64,000 nt of DNA from an uncultured delta proteobacterium (GTDB lineage Bacteria; Desulfobacterota; Desulfobacteria; Desulfobacterales; JAFDCJ01): positions 416,001 to 480,000 of the forward strand of contig CAVYNY010000020.1 in the NCBI GenBank assembly GCA_963769935.1. The letters are read 5' to 3'. The position numbers and the translations under genes are program-made. Positions 10,074 to 20,630 of the stretch are shown here, piece by piece; the first letter of the stretch is position 1, and every line of letters starts with the position of its first letter. The notes under the pieces are model-generated. The model had not been told where the DNA came from. It saw only the letters and a list, made by a program, of their open reading frames with translations, and searched no databases.

Positions 10074-10703
10074 ATGCCTTCCCGTCTTGAAAGGGCCCGC
10101 AATGATCCCACTTCAATGAAAGCCCGAATCCTCGCATCTGCCCGCCGGATATTCGGCGAATACGGCTACAACGATACCACGACCCGGATGATCGCCAAGG
10201 ATGTGGGAATCGACATTTCAACCCTCTATTATCACTGGGGCGAAAAACAGGATCTATATGAAGCGGTCATCATGGACATCAGCGAGGAGGTCCAGCAAAA
10301 ATTAAACGAAGTGGAAAAGCACGTCAGCGGCCTGTCGCTGACTAGCCGTCTTGAAATCGCGATCGATATGATGTGTGATTACCTGTTTTCCCATCCGGAG
10401 GTCTCAAATCTGATCCTTTTCGGATATTTCAACAAAACCCGCCACGGCGTCACCCTTGATATCAGAATGTCGAAATATGTGTCCAACATCGCTTTTGCAA
10501 TGGGCCTTTCAACGGATAAGGCGAATGTTTCAATCCAGGCTAAAGCCCGAATTCTGGCGGTTTGGAACACGGTCCTGAATTTCATCTCCGGTGAAAATTT
10601 TTTCAGGCCCATGCTGGATACCAACCGCGACGACTACATTAAGGTCGTTAAGGAGACGTTAAAATTTATCCTGGTACCGGCGTTTACGTCGAAAAACAAA
10701 TAA
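10074..10703 (+). CDS. TetR/AcrR-family transcriptional regulator
   Basis: ILASARRIFGEYGY..TTTRMIAKDVGIDISTLYYHWGEKQDLY HTH. Confidence 0.92.
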   Translation: MPSRLERARNDPTSMKARILASARRIFGEYGYNDTTTRMIAKDVGIDISTLYYHWGEKQDLYEAVIMDISEEVQQKLNEVEKHVSGLSLTSRLEIAIDMMCDYLFSHPEVSNLILFGYFNKTRHGVTLDIRMSKYVSNIAFAMGLSTDKANVSIQAKARILAVWNTVLNFISGENFFRPMLDTNRDDYIKVVKETLKFILVPAFTSKNK

Positions 10704-10754
10704 GGGAATTGATGGCGCCACAGTTTTGTCGGGAATTCAAAATGGACAAAATTT

Positions 10755-10845
10755 AATCACGAAAGCACGAAAGGACGAAAGGACGAAAACACGAAAAGGG
10801 GACAGTATAATTTCGTGCTTTCTATATTTCGTGTTTTCGTGATGA
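10755..10845. repeat. Octamer tandem repeat (CACGAAAG-like) with inverted counterpart
   Basis: cacgaaagcacgaaaggacgaaaggacgaaaacacgaaaa followed by tttcgtgctttc...tttcgtgttttcgtga. Confidence 0.8.
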
Positions 10846-10907
10846 AAAAAAATTATTAAAATGTAAAAAAAATAAAAATTAAGACTAAAACAAAGGGAGG
10901 AAGCAAT

Positions 10908-13022
10908 ATGGCGCTCAACCTTGATGCGATCGGCAAAAAGATCGGTCCGTTCACCAAGGAATACTCCTGGAAAGACGTCGTCCTGTATGCGCTTGGCGTC
11001 GGGGCGGGGTTTTCCGACCTGGACTATTGCTATGAAAAAAACCTGAAGGTCATCCCCAGCTTCGGCATTACCACGATGTATGATTTTATGCCCCAGCTGG
11101 CAGCCACCAGCAATGTCAACCTGGCCGGCGTCCTGCACGGTGAGCAGGAACTCATTTTTCACAACCCGATTCCTGCGGAAGGGACGCTGACAACAGAAGG
11201 CAGCATCACGCATTGTTATGACAAAGGCCGGGAAAAAGGCGCTCTAGTGGTGGCCGAGTTTGAAACCTGGCACTCCAACGGCAAGAAATTGTTCACCAGC
11301 GTTGTGACAGTTTTCGCGCGTCTGGACGGCGGCTTCGGCGGTGAAAATGCGCCGGCCAAAGAGGTCGCTTTTCCGGACCGGGAGCCGGATTTCGTGGTTG
11401 AAGGCCAACCCGGTGAGGATCAACCGTTGATATACAGACTTTCCGGCGATGTCTTTCAGCTCCATGTCGACCAGGAGTTTGCCGAAATGTCAGGGTTTGA
11501 AAAGCCCATCATGCATGGGTTGTGCACGCATGGATATGCCTGCCGCGCCTTAATTGACAGCTTCATCCCCGGAGAACCTGAGAAAGCCAGGCGGCTCGAC
11601 TGCCGGTTTAAAAGGCCGCTATATCCCGGAATGCCCATCAAGACGGTCATCTGGAAAACCGCGGAGGGAAAAGCGTTGTGGAAGGTGATCAACGCTGCAA
11701 CCAACGAGGTGGTGATCGACAACGGTATCTTTGAATACGGCGACATTCCCAGGGAAAAAATTCGCTTTGACAACCGGGTGGCGATCGTCACCGGCGCCGG
11801 GGCCGGGCTTGGCCGTATCTATGCTCTGGAACTGGCGAAACGCGGCGCCAAGGTCGTGGTCAACGATCTGGGTGGTGCACGGGACGGCTCCGGCGGCGGC
11901 TCACAGGGACCGGCCGATAAGGTCGTCGATGAAATCAAGGCCTTGGGGGGTGCGGCAGTTCCAAACTACGACAGTGTGGCCACGGTCGAGGGCGGTGAAA
12001 ACATAGTAAAAACCGCCTTGGACGCTTTCGGCACGGTGGACATTGTGATCAACAATGCCGGCATCCTGCGTGACAAAAGCTTTTTGAAGATGGAGCCCGA
12101 AAACTGGCAGATCGTGCTGGATGTGCATTTAAACGGCGCCTACCATGTGTCGCGTCCTGCCTTTGACGTCATGAAGGAGAAGGGCTATGGCCGCATTCTA
12201 ATGACGACCTCGGCGGCCGGTCTATACGGCAATTTCGGTCAGACCAACTACACGGCCGCCAAGATGGGCGTGGTCGGTCTGATGAACACCCTCAAGCTGG
12301 AAGGCGAGAAATACAACATCAGGGTCAATACCATCGCACCGGTGGCCGCCTCGCGTCTGACCGGAGATATTTTGCCGCCGGATTTTTTGGACAAATTGAA
12401 ACCGGAGCTGGTGGCGCCCATGGCATTGTACCTGGTTTCGGAGCAATGCCCGGTGAGCGGCAATATTTACAATGTCGGCATGGGATATATCAACCGGGCC
12501 GCGATTGTCACCGGTCCCGGAGCGGTTGTCGGAAACGGCAAGGAAATTCCCGCGCCGGAGCAGCTTCTGGGACAATGGGAAAAGATAACTTCCCTGAAGA
12601 AGGCCAGAGAATATCGGAATGCTACCGAGCAAATCGGAGATTTGCTGACGACATTTTCACAGCCGGCAGCGGCGGCCGCTGAAGCCGGCCGGGGATTTGC
12701 GGCGGCCGCCGAAGTCTTTGATGCCATGCCGGGGGCCTTTGCGGCCGACGCCGGCGCCGGGGTGGATGTTGTGTTCCAGTTCAATCTTTCCGGTGACAAA
12801 GGCGGCGACTGGTTCAGCGTCATCAAGGGCGGACGCTGCCGGGTGGAGGCCGGCACCCATGAAAAACCGGGCTGTACCCTGAAAATGGCGGCTGCGGATT
12901 TTATTGATCTGATGAACGGTAAACTGCCGGCCATGCAGGCCTACACCTCGGGCAAACTAAAAATCGAGGGCGACATCATGAAGTCGCAGCTGATAGAGAA
13001 ACTTTTTAAATTTAGCTTTTGA
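10908..13022 (+). CDS. Multifunctional protein: MaoC/hydratase-2 double hotdog + SDR 3-hydroxyacyl-CoA dehydrogenase + SCP2
   Basis: YALGVG, LHGEQ, YRLSGDVFQLHVD, PIMHGLCT; TGAGAGLG, NNAGILRD, YTAAK; C-terminal QAYTSGKLKIEGD (SCP2). Confidence 0.88.
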   Translation: MALNLDAIGKKIGPFTKEYSWKDVVLYALGVGAGFSDLDYCYEKNLKVIPSFGITTMYDFMPQLAATSNVNLAGVLHGEQELIFHNPIPAEGTLTTEGSITHCYDKGREKGALVVAEFETWHSNGKKLFTSVVTVFARLDGGFGGENAPAKEVAFPDREPDFVVEGQPGEDQPLIYRLSGDVFQLHVDQEFAEMSGFEKPIMHGLCTHGYACRALIDSFIPGEPEKARRLDCRFKRPLYPGMPIKTVIWKTAEGKALWKVINAATNEVVIDNGIFEYGDIPREKIRFDNRVAIVTGAGAGLGRIYALELAKRGAKVVVNDLGGARDGSGGGSQGPADKVVDEIKALGGAAVPNYDSVATVEGGENIVKTALDAFGTVDIVINNAGILRDKSFLKMEPENWQIVLDVHLNGAYHVSRPAFDVMKEKGYGRILMTTSAAGLYGNFGQTNYTAAKMGVVGLMNTLKLEGEKYNIRVNTIAPVAASRLTGDILPPDFLDKLKPELVAPMALYLVSEQCPVSGNIYNVGMGYINRAAIVTGPGAVVGNGKEIPAPEQLLGQWEKITSLKKAREYRNATEQIGDLLTTFSQPAAAAAEAGRGFAAAAEVFDAMPGAFAADAGAGVDVVFQFNLSGDKGGDWFSVIKGGRCRVEAGTHEKPGCTLKMAAADFIDLMNGKLPAMQAYTSGKLKIEGDIMKSQLIEKLFKFSF

Positions 13023-13095
13023 ATTGGGATTGCCGGATGAATTAATTTCAATCCGCATTCCGAAATCCGACAATCGAGTAAAGGAGAAAATAACG

Positions 13096-15825
13096 ATGAT
13101 CGGCATTACTTCATACGGCGCATATATTCCACGGTTGAGATTGGACCGGATGGCAATCTTTCAGGCCATGGGCTGGTTTGCACCGGCGATTATGATGGTG
13201 GCCCAGGGCGAGCGATCCATGTGCAACTGGGATGAAGATGCAATTACCATGGCGGTGGCGGCCTCGCGTGACTGCCTGAAGGGGATGGACAAAACGAACC
13301 TGGATGCCCTGTATCTGGCCTCCACCACCCTGCCGTTTGCCGACCGGCAAAATGCCGGAATTGTGTCGGCGGCGCTGAATCTCCGCGAAGAATTTGTCAC
13401 GGCGGATTTTACCGCTTCCCAGAAGGCTGCGACCACGGCGCTGATCACGGCCTTTGAATCCGTCTTAAGCGGTGAGAAGCATAATATCCTGGTGACGGCC
13501 AGTGACCGGCGCGAAACGAAAACCGCCTATTTTTATGAAATGTGGTTCGGCGACGGTGCGGCTGCGCTGATGGTGGGCGATACCGACGTAATTGCCGAGT
13601 ACAAGGGTTCCTACTCGCTGTCCGCTGATTTTGTCGACCACTATCGGGGGGCCGGCCAAAAATACGACTATGTCTGGGAAGAGCGCTGGACCAGGGATGC
13701 GGGTTACGGTACCTTCATTCCCCGGGTAGTCAAGGGTCTTTTTGACAAACTGGGGATTACCATGGATGACGTCGACAAACTGGCGTTTCCCTGCTTTTTC
13801 AAAGGCGACCATGTTAAAATTGCCCGCGGGCTCGGGGCCGGGCCCGACAAACTGGTGGACAACATGCATGAAGTCTGCGGTGAAACCGGTGCGGCGCACT
13901 CCTTTATGATGTTTATTGCAGCCCTGGAACAGGCCAGACCCGGGGACCGGATTCTGATGTGCGGATTCGGGCAGGGGGCCAACGCGGTGTATTTTGAGGT
14001 TACCGAAAATATTGCCCGGCTACCCGGGCGCAATGGCGTTGCCGGAGCTTTGGCCAACAAGAAATCCATCGCCAACTACCACAAATGGCTGAAATTCAGG
14101 GATTTGATAAAAACCGAAATGGGAATCCGGGCCGAAGCGCCCACCCAAACGGCCACCACGGTCCTGTGGCGCAAAAATAAGATGATTTTGGGACTGGTGG
14201 GCGGCAAATGCCGCGAATGCGGCACCCCCCAGTTTCCGAAATCCGATATCTGCGTCAATCCCGGCTGCGGCGCTTTCTACAGCCAGGATGACTATGAATT
14301 CGCCGATGTTCCGGCCAAAGTCAAGACCTTTACCGGCGATATGCTGGCCGTCTCGGTGGATCCACCTGCGATTTACGGCATGGTGCAGTTTGAAGGCGGC
14401 GGCCGCCTGATGGCGGATTTTAGCGACTGCGAACTGGACGACATTAAAGTCGGGCTGCCGGTCAATATGGTATTCAAATGCAAGGGCGTCGACAAGGAGC
14501 GCGGGTTTGTCAACTATTTCTGGAAAGCGGTGCCGGTGCCCGGTGCGGCCGCCGAGGCGGATAAAATCCGCTTTGATGACCGGGTGGCGATTGTCACCGG
14601 CGCCGGCGCAGGACTCGGCCGTGTTTATGCCCTTGAACTGGCGCAGCGCGGAGCCAAAGTTGTCGTCAACGACCTGGGCGGCGCCCGTGACGGCAGCGGC
14701 CAAGGCTCTGCTTCTCCGGCCGATCAGGTGGTGGCGGAAATCAAACAGCGCGGGGGTGAGGCGGTGGCCAATTACGATAATGTGGCCACCCCCCGGGGCG
14801 GTGAAAATATCGTTAAAACCGCCCTGGACGCCTTCGGCCGGTTGGACATCCTGATCAACAACGCCGGTATCCTGCGGGACAAGAGTTTTTCAAAGATGGT
14901 GCCTGAAAACTGGCATGCGGTTATTAACGTCCATTTAAACGGCGCCTTCAACGTAACGCGCCCGGCCATGGCGGCTATGAAGGAAAACGGGTACGGACGC
15001 ATTGTCATGACCACTTCGGCGGCCGGCCTTTACGGCAATTTCGGACAGACCAACTATTCGGCGGCGAAAATGGCCGTGGTCGGACTGATGAACACCTTGA
15101 AGCTGGAAGGTAAAAAATACAACATCAAAGTCAATACCGTCGCTCCCATCGCGGCCTCCAGACTTACCGAAGATGTAATGCCGCCGGATTTATTTGAAAA
15201 GTCCAAACCGGAATTCGTCTCCCCCATGGTATTGTATCTTTGCAGTGAGCGCTGCCGCGAAACCGGCGCGATTTTCAACAGCGGCATGGGTTATTTTAAC
15301 CGGACGGCGGTATTCACCGGGCCAGCAACCCAGCTGGGTGATCTTGAAAATCCGCCCACTCCCGAGCGAATTCACGAGAACTGGAAAAAGATCAATTCCC
15401 TGGAAGGCGCCCGGGAAATGGAAGATGCCAATGCGGCCATCCTGGCGCTCATCATGCCCCCGGACGAAAAAGCAGACCAAGCAGCGGAATCAGCCGACGC
15501 CGGCGGCAGTGTCCAGGCAATTTTCAAAGGCATGGCCGCAAGCTTCAAAGTGGAAGCCGCCGCCGGGATTGACGTGGTGTTCCAGTTCAATATCTCGGGC
15601 GAAGGCGGCGGCGACTGGTTTTGTGTGATCAAAGACGGCAGCTGCAGAATTGAGGTGGGGGCCCACGAAAAGCCGGCCTGTACGATCAATATGGCAGCCG
15701 GGGATTTTCTGGCCATGATGGGCGGCAAGCTGCCGGCCATGCAGGCGTTTACCTCCGGCAAGCTTAAGATCGAAGGGGATGTGATGAAGAGCCAGCTGCT
15801 GGAGAAGTTGTTTAAGATAGGTTAG
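13096..15825 (+). CDS. Fusion protein: HMG-CoA-synthase-like thiolase fold + DUF35 (Zn ribbon/OB fold) + SDR + SCP2
   Basis: GITSYGAYIPRLR, DEDAITMA, GDGAAA; CRECG..CVNPGC; TGAGAGLG, YSAAK; SCP2 tail; AAGGAG RBS before ATG 13096. Confidence 0.85.
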   Translation: MIGITSYGAYIPRLRLDRMAIFQAMGWFAPAIMMVAQGERSMCNWDEDAITMAVAASRDCLKGMDKTNLDALYLASTTLPFADRQNAGIVSAALNLREEFVTADFTASQKAATTALITAFESVLSGEKHNILVTASDRRETKTAYFYEMWFGDGAAALMVGDTDVIAEYKGSYSLSADFVDHYRGAGQKYDYVWEERWTRDAGYGTFIPRVVKGLFDKLGITMDDVDKLAFPCFFKGDHVKIARGLGAGPDKLVDNMHEVCGETGAAHSFMMFIAALEQARPGDRILMCGFGQGANAVYFEVTENIARLPGRNGVAGALANKKSIANYHKWLKFRDLIKTEMGIRAEAPTQTATTVLWRKNKMILGLVGGKCRECGTPQFPKSDICVNPGCGAFYSQDDYEFADVPAKVKTFTGDMLAVSVDPPAIYGMVQFEGGGRLMADFSDCELDDIKVGLPVNMVFKCKGVDKERGFVNYFWKAVPVPGAAAEADKIRFDDRVAIVTGAGAGLGRVYALELAQRGAKVVVNDLGGARDGSGQGSASPADQVVAEIKQRGGEAVANYDNVATPRGGENIVKTALDAFGRLDILINNAGILRDKSFSKMVPENWHAVINVHLNGAFNVTRPAMAAMKENGYGRIVMTTSAAGLYGNFGQTNYSAAKMAVVGLMNTLKLEGKKYNIKVNTVAPIAASRLTEDVMPPDLFEKSKPEFVSPMVLYLCSERCRETGAIFNSGMGYFNRTAVFTGPATQLGDLENPPTPERIHENWKKINSLEGAREMEDANAAILALIMPPDEKADQAAESADAGGSVQAIFKGMAASFKVEAAAGIDVVFQFNISGEGGGDWFCVIKDGSCRIEVGAHEKPACTINMAAGDFLAMMGGKLPAMQAFTSGKLKIEGDVMKSQLLEKLFKIG

Positions 15826-16012
15826 AAAAAGGTTTAGAGGTTTGGGGCTTCGTCCTTCGGACTACGACCCCACACGCAGGGTTCAACGGTTCTGGGTTCA
15901 GAGGTTAATGGAAAAATCCCAACCCAGAACGGTGAACCTTGAACCTGTGAACGCATACAGTTAACCTTTTAACAAAAAAATTATTTTATATAATTTTTCC
16001 GGAGGAAAAATT

Positions 16013-17215
16013 ATGGCCACAGGAATAAAAGACAAGGTTGCAATTATTGGTATGGGCTGCACCCGCTTCGGCGAGCGCTGGGATGTGGGCGCCGAAGAAC
16101 TAATGGTGGAAGCCTTCAAGGAGTGCATCGAGGATGCCGGCATCGAAAAGAAGGAAATCGGGGCCGCCTGGCTGGGGACCTGTTTTGACAGCATCAATGT
16201 CGGGCGCAGTGCGCTGCCCCTGTCATTGACGCTGCGGCTGCCGAATATACCGGTAACCCGGGTTGAAAATTTTTGTGCCACCGGCACCGAAGCTTTTCGG
16301 GGCGCCTGCTATGCAGTTGCCTCCGGCGCCTATGACATCGCTCTGGCTATGGGAGTTGAAAAACTAAAAGACACCGGTTACGGCGGTCTGCCCAGCTTCG
16401 TGGGCTCCGACTCGGGCAGCCTGAACTGGCAATGGTTTCCGAACATGACGGCGCCCGGTGCCTTTGCCCAGCTGGCCAGTGCTTACGCCGCCAAATATAA
16501 GATTTCCGATCAGGATTTAAAGCGGGCCATGGCGCATGTGTCGGCCAAGAGCCATGCCAACGGTGTCCTGAATCCCAAAGCCCATTTACGCAAAGCCGTG
16601 ACCGAGGATCAGATTATGGCGGCTCCCATTATCGCTCACCCCCTGGGATTGTTCGATTGCTGCGGTGTCAGCGACGGTGCGGCCTGCGCCATCGTGACTA
16701 CGCCGGAAAAAGCCAAAGCGCTTGGCAAAAAGGATTTTATCAGCGTCAAGGCGCTCCAGCTGGCCTTGAGCTCCGGCGAGGAGATGGGATACAACGATTG
16801 GGATGGCGATCATTTCGTCACCACCAGCAAATGCAGCGTTCAAGCCTACAAGGAAGCCGGGATTGCCGATCCCAAAGAAGAGATCAGCATGATGGAGGTG
16901 CACGATTGTTTTTCCATCACGGAGCTGGTCACCATGGAGGATCTTCATATCTCCGAAAGGGGACAGGCGTATAAGGATGTCATGGACGGCATGTTCGACC
17001 GCAACGGCAAGACCCCATGCCAGGTGGACGGCGGCTTAAAGTGTTTCGGCCATCCCATCGGGGCATCGGGCTTGCGAATGCTGTACGAAATGTATTTGCA
17101 ATTTTACGGCCTGGCCGGGGCGCGCCAGATCGAAGATCCCAGATTCGGACTCACCCATAACCTGGGCGGCTTTCCGGCCATGAATGTTTGCAGCATCTCG
17201 ATCGTCGGCAAATAA
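16013..17215 (+). CDS. Thiolase / acetyl-CoA acetyltransferase (SCP2-thiolase type)
   Basis: VENFCATG (catalytic Cys), EVHDCF, GHPIGASG, HNLGG. Confidence 0.9.
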   Translation: MATGIKDKVAIIGMGCTRFGERWDVGAEELMVEAFKECIEDAGIEKKEIGAAWLGTCFDSINVGRSALPLSLTLRLPNIPVTRVENFCATGTEAFRGACYAVASGAYDIALAMGVEKLKDTGYGGLPSFVGSDSGSLNWQWFPNMTAPGAFAQLASAYAAKYKISDQDLKRAMAHVSAKSHANGVLNPKAHLRKAVTEDQIMAAPIIAHPLGLFDCCGVSDGAACAIVTTPEKAKALGKKDFISVKALQLALSSGEEMGYNDWDGDHFVTTSKCSVQAYKEAGIADPKEEISMMEVHDCFSITELVTMEDLHISERGQAYKDVMDGMFDRNGKTPCQVDGGLKCFGHPIGASGLRMLYEMYLQFYGLAGARQIEDPRFGLTHNLGGFPAMNVCSISIVGK

Positions 17216-17450
17216 GGCGAATCGATAGGCATTCGGCGAAGGTGCTCGCGGAGCGTCCCTGCGGGCTTGAGAGCTCAGGCTGAAAAAGCTCACAGCTAGC
17301 TCAAGAAAAGCAATCCACAGACTATCAGCCATCAGCGATGAGCTATCACTGGTTCCTTCTACCTAAGCGCAGCGTTCGCGTGAAACGCTCATCGAGCGAG
17401 CGCTCCTTCAGCGCAGTTCTTACGGTAAAGTATGTAATAAAACGAATTCA

Positions 17451-18593
17451 ATGGAAATACTCAGCTATACCGAGGAGCATAACTTTTTTCGTGAACGGCT
17501 GCGGTCCTTTTTAGCCGAAGAGGTGGCGCCTTTTGCCGACCGGTGGGAAGAAGAAAAGATCATACCCAAAAGTGTCTGGCAAAAAATGGGCCGGGGCGGA
17601 TTCTTGTGCACCGATGTTGCACCGGAATACGGCGGCCTGGGAGGTGATTTCTTATATTCCCTGATTGTGGCCGAGGAGATGACCAGAACCCGGCAAACCG
17701 GATTGGCAACTCCGCTGCACAGCGACATCGTCGTTCCCTATATCAGCGCTTTCGGTTCGGAAGAATTGAAGCATAAATATCTGCCCGGATGTGTCTCCGG
17801 TGACATCGTTACGGCGGTGGCCATGACGGAGCCCGGTGCCGGCAGCGATCTGGCAGGAATAACCACGGCCGCAGTGGAGGAGGGGGCTGAAGTCGTGTTG
17901 AACGGTTCCAAAACGTTTATTTCAAACGGACTCAACGCGGATCTGGTTGTGGTGGCCGCCAGGGATCCGGACGTGGAAAACCCATATGAAGCCTTGTCTT
18001 TGTACCTGGTTGAATCCGGGACCCCCGGTTTTACGCGTGGGCGTCACCTCGAAAAAATGGGTATGTGGAGCCAGGATACGGCCGAGCTTTTTTTCTCTAA
18101 ATGCCGCATCCCCAGAGAAAATCGTCTCGGTGAAAAGGGGATGGGGTTTTTGATGCTGATGGATAAGCTTCAGCAGGAACGGCTGATGTGCGCCATCATG
18201 GCGGTTGCCGGTGCTGAGTTTATTCTGGAGTGGATTACGGATTACTGCAAGCAGACTTCTATTTCGGGCAAGCCCCTTTCCAAATCCCAGGCAGTGCAGT
18301 TTGCGCTGGTGGAAATGACCACGGATGTGAAGCTTGGCCGAACATTTGTTGAAAAACTGATCGCCGATCACATGGAGAAAATGGCAATCATCGTTGAAAC
18401 TTCCATGGCCAAATATTGGACGACGGAGATGCTGAACCGGCTTGCCAACCGTGCCCTCGATCTGTGCGGCGATTTTGCCATGTCGGAAAAATGCCCCATC
18501 GTCAGAGCCTGGCGGGATGCCAGGATCATGACCATCTTTGCCGGGACGAATGAGATTATGAAGAACATTGCGGCCAAGTTTATGGGACTGTGA
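17451..18593 (+). CDS. Acyl-CoA dehydrogenase
   Basis: AMTEPGAGSD, LNGSKTFISNG, KMG..QDTAELFF, IFAGTNEIM. Confidence 0.93.
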   Translation: MEILSYTEEHNFFRERLRSFLAEEVAPFADRWEEEKIIPKSVWQKMGRGGFLCTDVAPEYGGLGGDFLYSLIVAEEMTRTRQTGLATPLHSDIVVPYISAFGSEELKHKYLPGCVSGDIVTAVAMTEPGAGSDLAGITTAAVEEGAEVVLNGSKTFISNGLNADLVVVAARDPDVENPYEALSLYLVESGTPGFTRGRHLEKMGMWSQDTAELFFSKCRIPRENRLGEKGMGFLMLMDKLQQERLMCAIMAVAGAEFILEWITDYCKQTSISGKPLSKSQAVQFALVEMTTDVKLGRTFVEKLIADHMEKMAIIVETSMAKYWTTEMLNRLANRALDLCGDFAMSEKCPIVRAWRDARIMTIFAGTNEIMKNIAAKFMGL

Positions 18594-18594
18594 A

Positions 18595-19022
18595 GACAGA
18601 GGTCGGATGACAGAGGACAGAGAAAAGATGGCAGAGGTCAGAGTCAAGAGTATAGTTGTCGGGTTTCAGCCCGCCCTGGTGCGACATATGGGATTTTTTA
18701 TTTGAGCTGCTGGTGATTCCAATAATGTCTTCCCCTTCAAATTCATACAAGGACAGGTCTGGGCCAGGGGTGTCAGCGAGGAAAAGGCGTTGGAGCAGAG
18801 AGCATAAAGCATAGCGTCGATAGAGAGGACCCGCCGCCGCCCTCCGGGCTATGGCGCGGCAAGCAGAGAACATATTAGAAACTATAGTTATTGGTTATTG
18901 GTTTGCAAATCAACTCAATCAATCAACAACGATCTCAACGATCATAACGATCTCAACCTATCAACTATGAGCTATAAACTATGAGCTATCAACTATGAAC
19001 CATGAACCATGAACTATCAACA
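18595..19022. repeat. Composite intergenic tandem repeats (ACAGAGG-like 7-mers, AACGATCTC-like 9-mers, CTATGAA/CTATCAA 7-mers)
   Basis: Directly visible arrays at 18595-18650, 18926-18957 and 18958-19021. Confidence 0.8.
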
Positions 19023-19098
19023 TTCGGATTTATAGCTGTGGATTCGATCTACTAAAATTTTAAGCAAATGATATTTTGGTGACCCACGAGGGGGCGGA

Positions 19099-20601
19099 AT
19101 GGACAAATACGACGTCGTCGTCATCGGGGCCGGCAATGGCGGGCTTACCGCGGCAGCCAAACTGGCGCAGGCAGGCCTGAATGTTTTGCTGCTGGAGCGG
19201 CACAATATTCCCGGCGGTGCTGCCACAAGTTTTTGCCGCGGGCGGTTTGAGTTCGAGGTGGCCCTGCACCAGCTGAGCGGTCTGGGTACACCGGAAAAGC
19301 CCGGTCTCCTGCGGCTGCAGCTGGATAAGCTCGGGGTGATGGATGATCTCGAATTTGTCGAGATTTCCGATCTCTACCATGTGGCCACGGCCGATGGGTT
19401 TCGCATCACGCTCAAAACGAATCGTGATGAAACCATTGCGGTGCTCAAGGACAAGTTCCCCCATCAAAAAGACGCCATCGGGCGTTATTTTGACTTGATG
19501 GCCCGTTATGCCAACGACATGATCGGCGCCTTCATCTTCAGAGATCCGGAGCCGTCGCGCCAGAAATATCCCAATCTCTACCAATTCGCTCTGCGAAATT
19601 CCAAAGAAATCCTGGATGAATATTTTTCCGATCCGCTGCTAAAAGCCGTGCTTTCAGTGTACTGGGGCTATATCGGTGTGCCGCCGACCCGTCTGGCGTT
19701 TGCTTATCTATGTATGGTTTTATTTCAGTATATGGAGTTTAAACCGTATCATGTAAAAGGCGGTTCCCAGGCATTGTCGAATGCCATTTTGAACAAATTC
19801 GTTTTAAACGGAGGAACCGTGCGCTTCAATTGCGGCGCCCAAAAGATCATCGTCCGGGACGGCCGGATAACAGGGGTGATTACCGATGATGATGACGAGA
19901 TTGCAGCCCAATATGTGGTTTCCAATGTATCGCCGGTCGCCGTCTATACCCATCTTATGGATCGCGAGCAGGTGCCGCAGGATGCGCTGGCCGAAATGAA
20001 AAGCCGCAATCTGAGCACTTCCGCTTTTACCATGTTTATCGGATTTGATTGTGAACCCGATCGGCTGGGCATTCAGGAATCCACCAATTTCCTGATGAGC
20101 TCCACGGATATTTCGGACGGTCTGCTGGACCGGATGAACCGGCTGGACATCACAGATGAGCTTTTAGTGCTCAGCTGCTACGATGTCACCGACCCTGAAT
20201 TTTCCCCTCCCGGAACCTGCCAGGCCAATGTCGTGACGTTAAAATACGGAGAGCCCTGGCTGCGGGTGCCGCCGCGGCAGTATCATGATGTGAAATTCCG
20301 CTGTGCGGACGCCATGCTGAAGCGGATTTACGAAATCTATCCGGAAGCCAAAAACCACATCGAGGAGATCGAAGTCGCAACCCCGCTGACCCACATGCGC
20401 TATCTCGGCCATCCCCTGGGCGCCATATACGGTTATGAAATGCTGACCAAGGATTCCCTTTTTTTCCAGCCGGGCTGCTACTCGCCGATTCAGGGTTTGT
20501 TTTTTGCGGGGGGATGGGCCGGCGACAATGGGTTTGAGCCGACCCTGCGATCGGGGATATCGGCAGCGAAGTCCATTATCAGGCGACGTGGGGCGGGATA
20601 A
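19099..20601 (+). CDS. Phytoene-desaturase/retinol-saturase-like NAD(P)/FAD oxidoreductase
   Basis: VVIGAGNGGL, ERHNIPGG, GGSQALSNA, EVATPLT..RY, GAIYG, GLFFAG. Confidence 0.85.
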   Translation: MDKYDVVVIGAGNGGLTAAAKLAQAGLNVLLLERHNIPGGAATSFCRGRFEFEVALHQLSGLGTPEKPGLLRLQLDKLGVMDDLEFVEISDLYHVATADGFRITLKTNRDETIAVLKDKFPHQKDAIGRYFDLMARYANDMIGAFIFRDPEPSRQKYPNLYQFALRNSKEILDEYFSDPLLKAVLSVYWGYIGVPPTRLAFAYLCMVLFQYMEFKPYHVKGGSQALSNAILNKFVLNGGTVRFNCGAQKIIVRDGRITGVITDDDDEIAAQYVVSNVSPVAVYTHLMDREQVPQDALAEMKSRNLSTSAFTMFIGFDCEPDRLGIQESTNFLMSSTDISDGLLDRMNRLDITDELLVLSCYDVTDPEFSPPGTCQANVVTLKYGEPWLRVPPRQYHDVKFRCADAMLKRIYEIYPEAKNHIEEIEVATPLTHMRYLGHPLGAIYGYEMLTKDSLFFQPGCYSPIQGLFFAGGWAGDNGFEPTLRSGISAAKSIIRRRGAG

Positions 20602-20630
20602 GAAGGCTGCTAATATGTTTCCCATCGTAG

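Noticed and set aside
18900..19022. Repeat arrays as a possible CRISPR
   Set aside because: Units are 7-9 bp and contiguous with no unique spacers; no cas genes in the window
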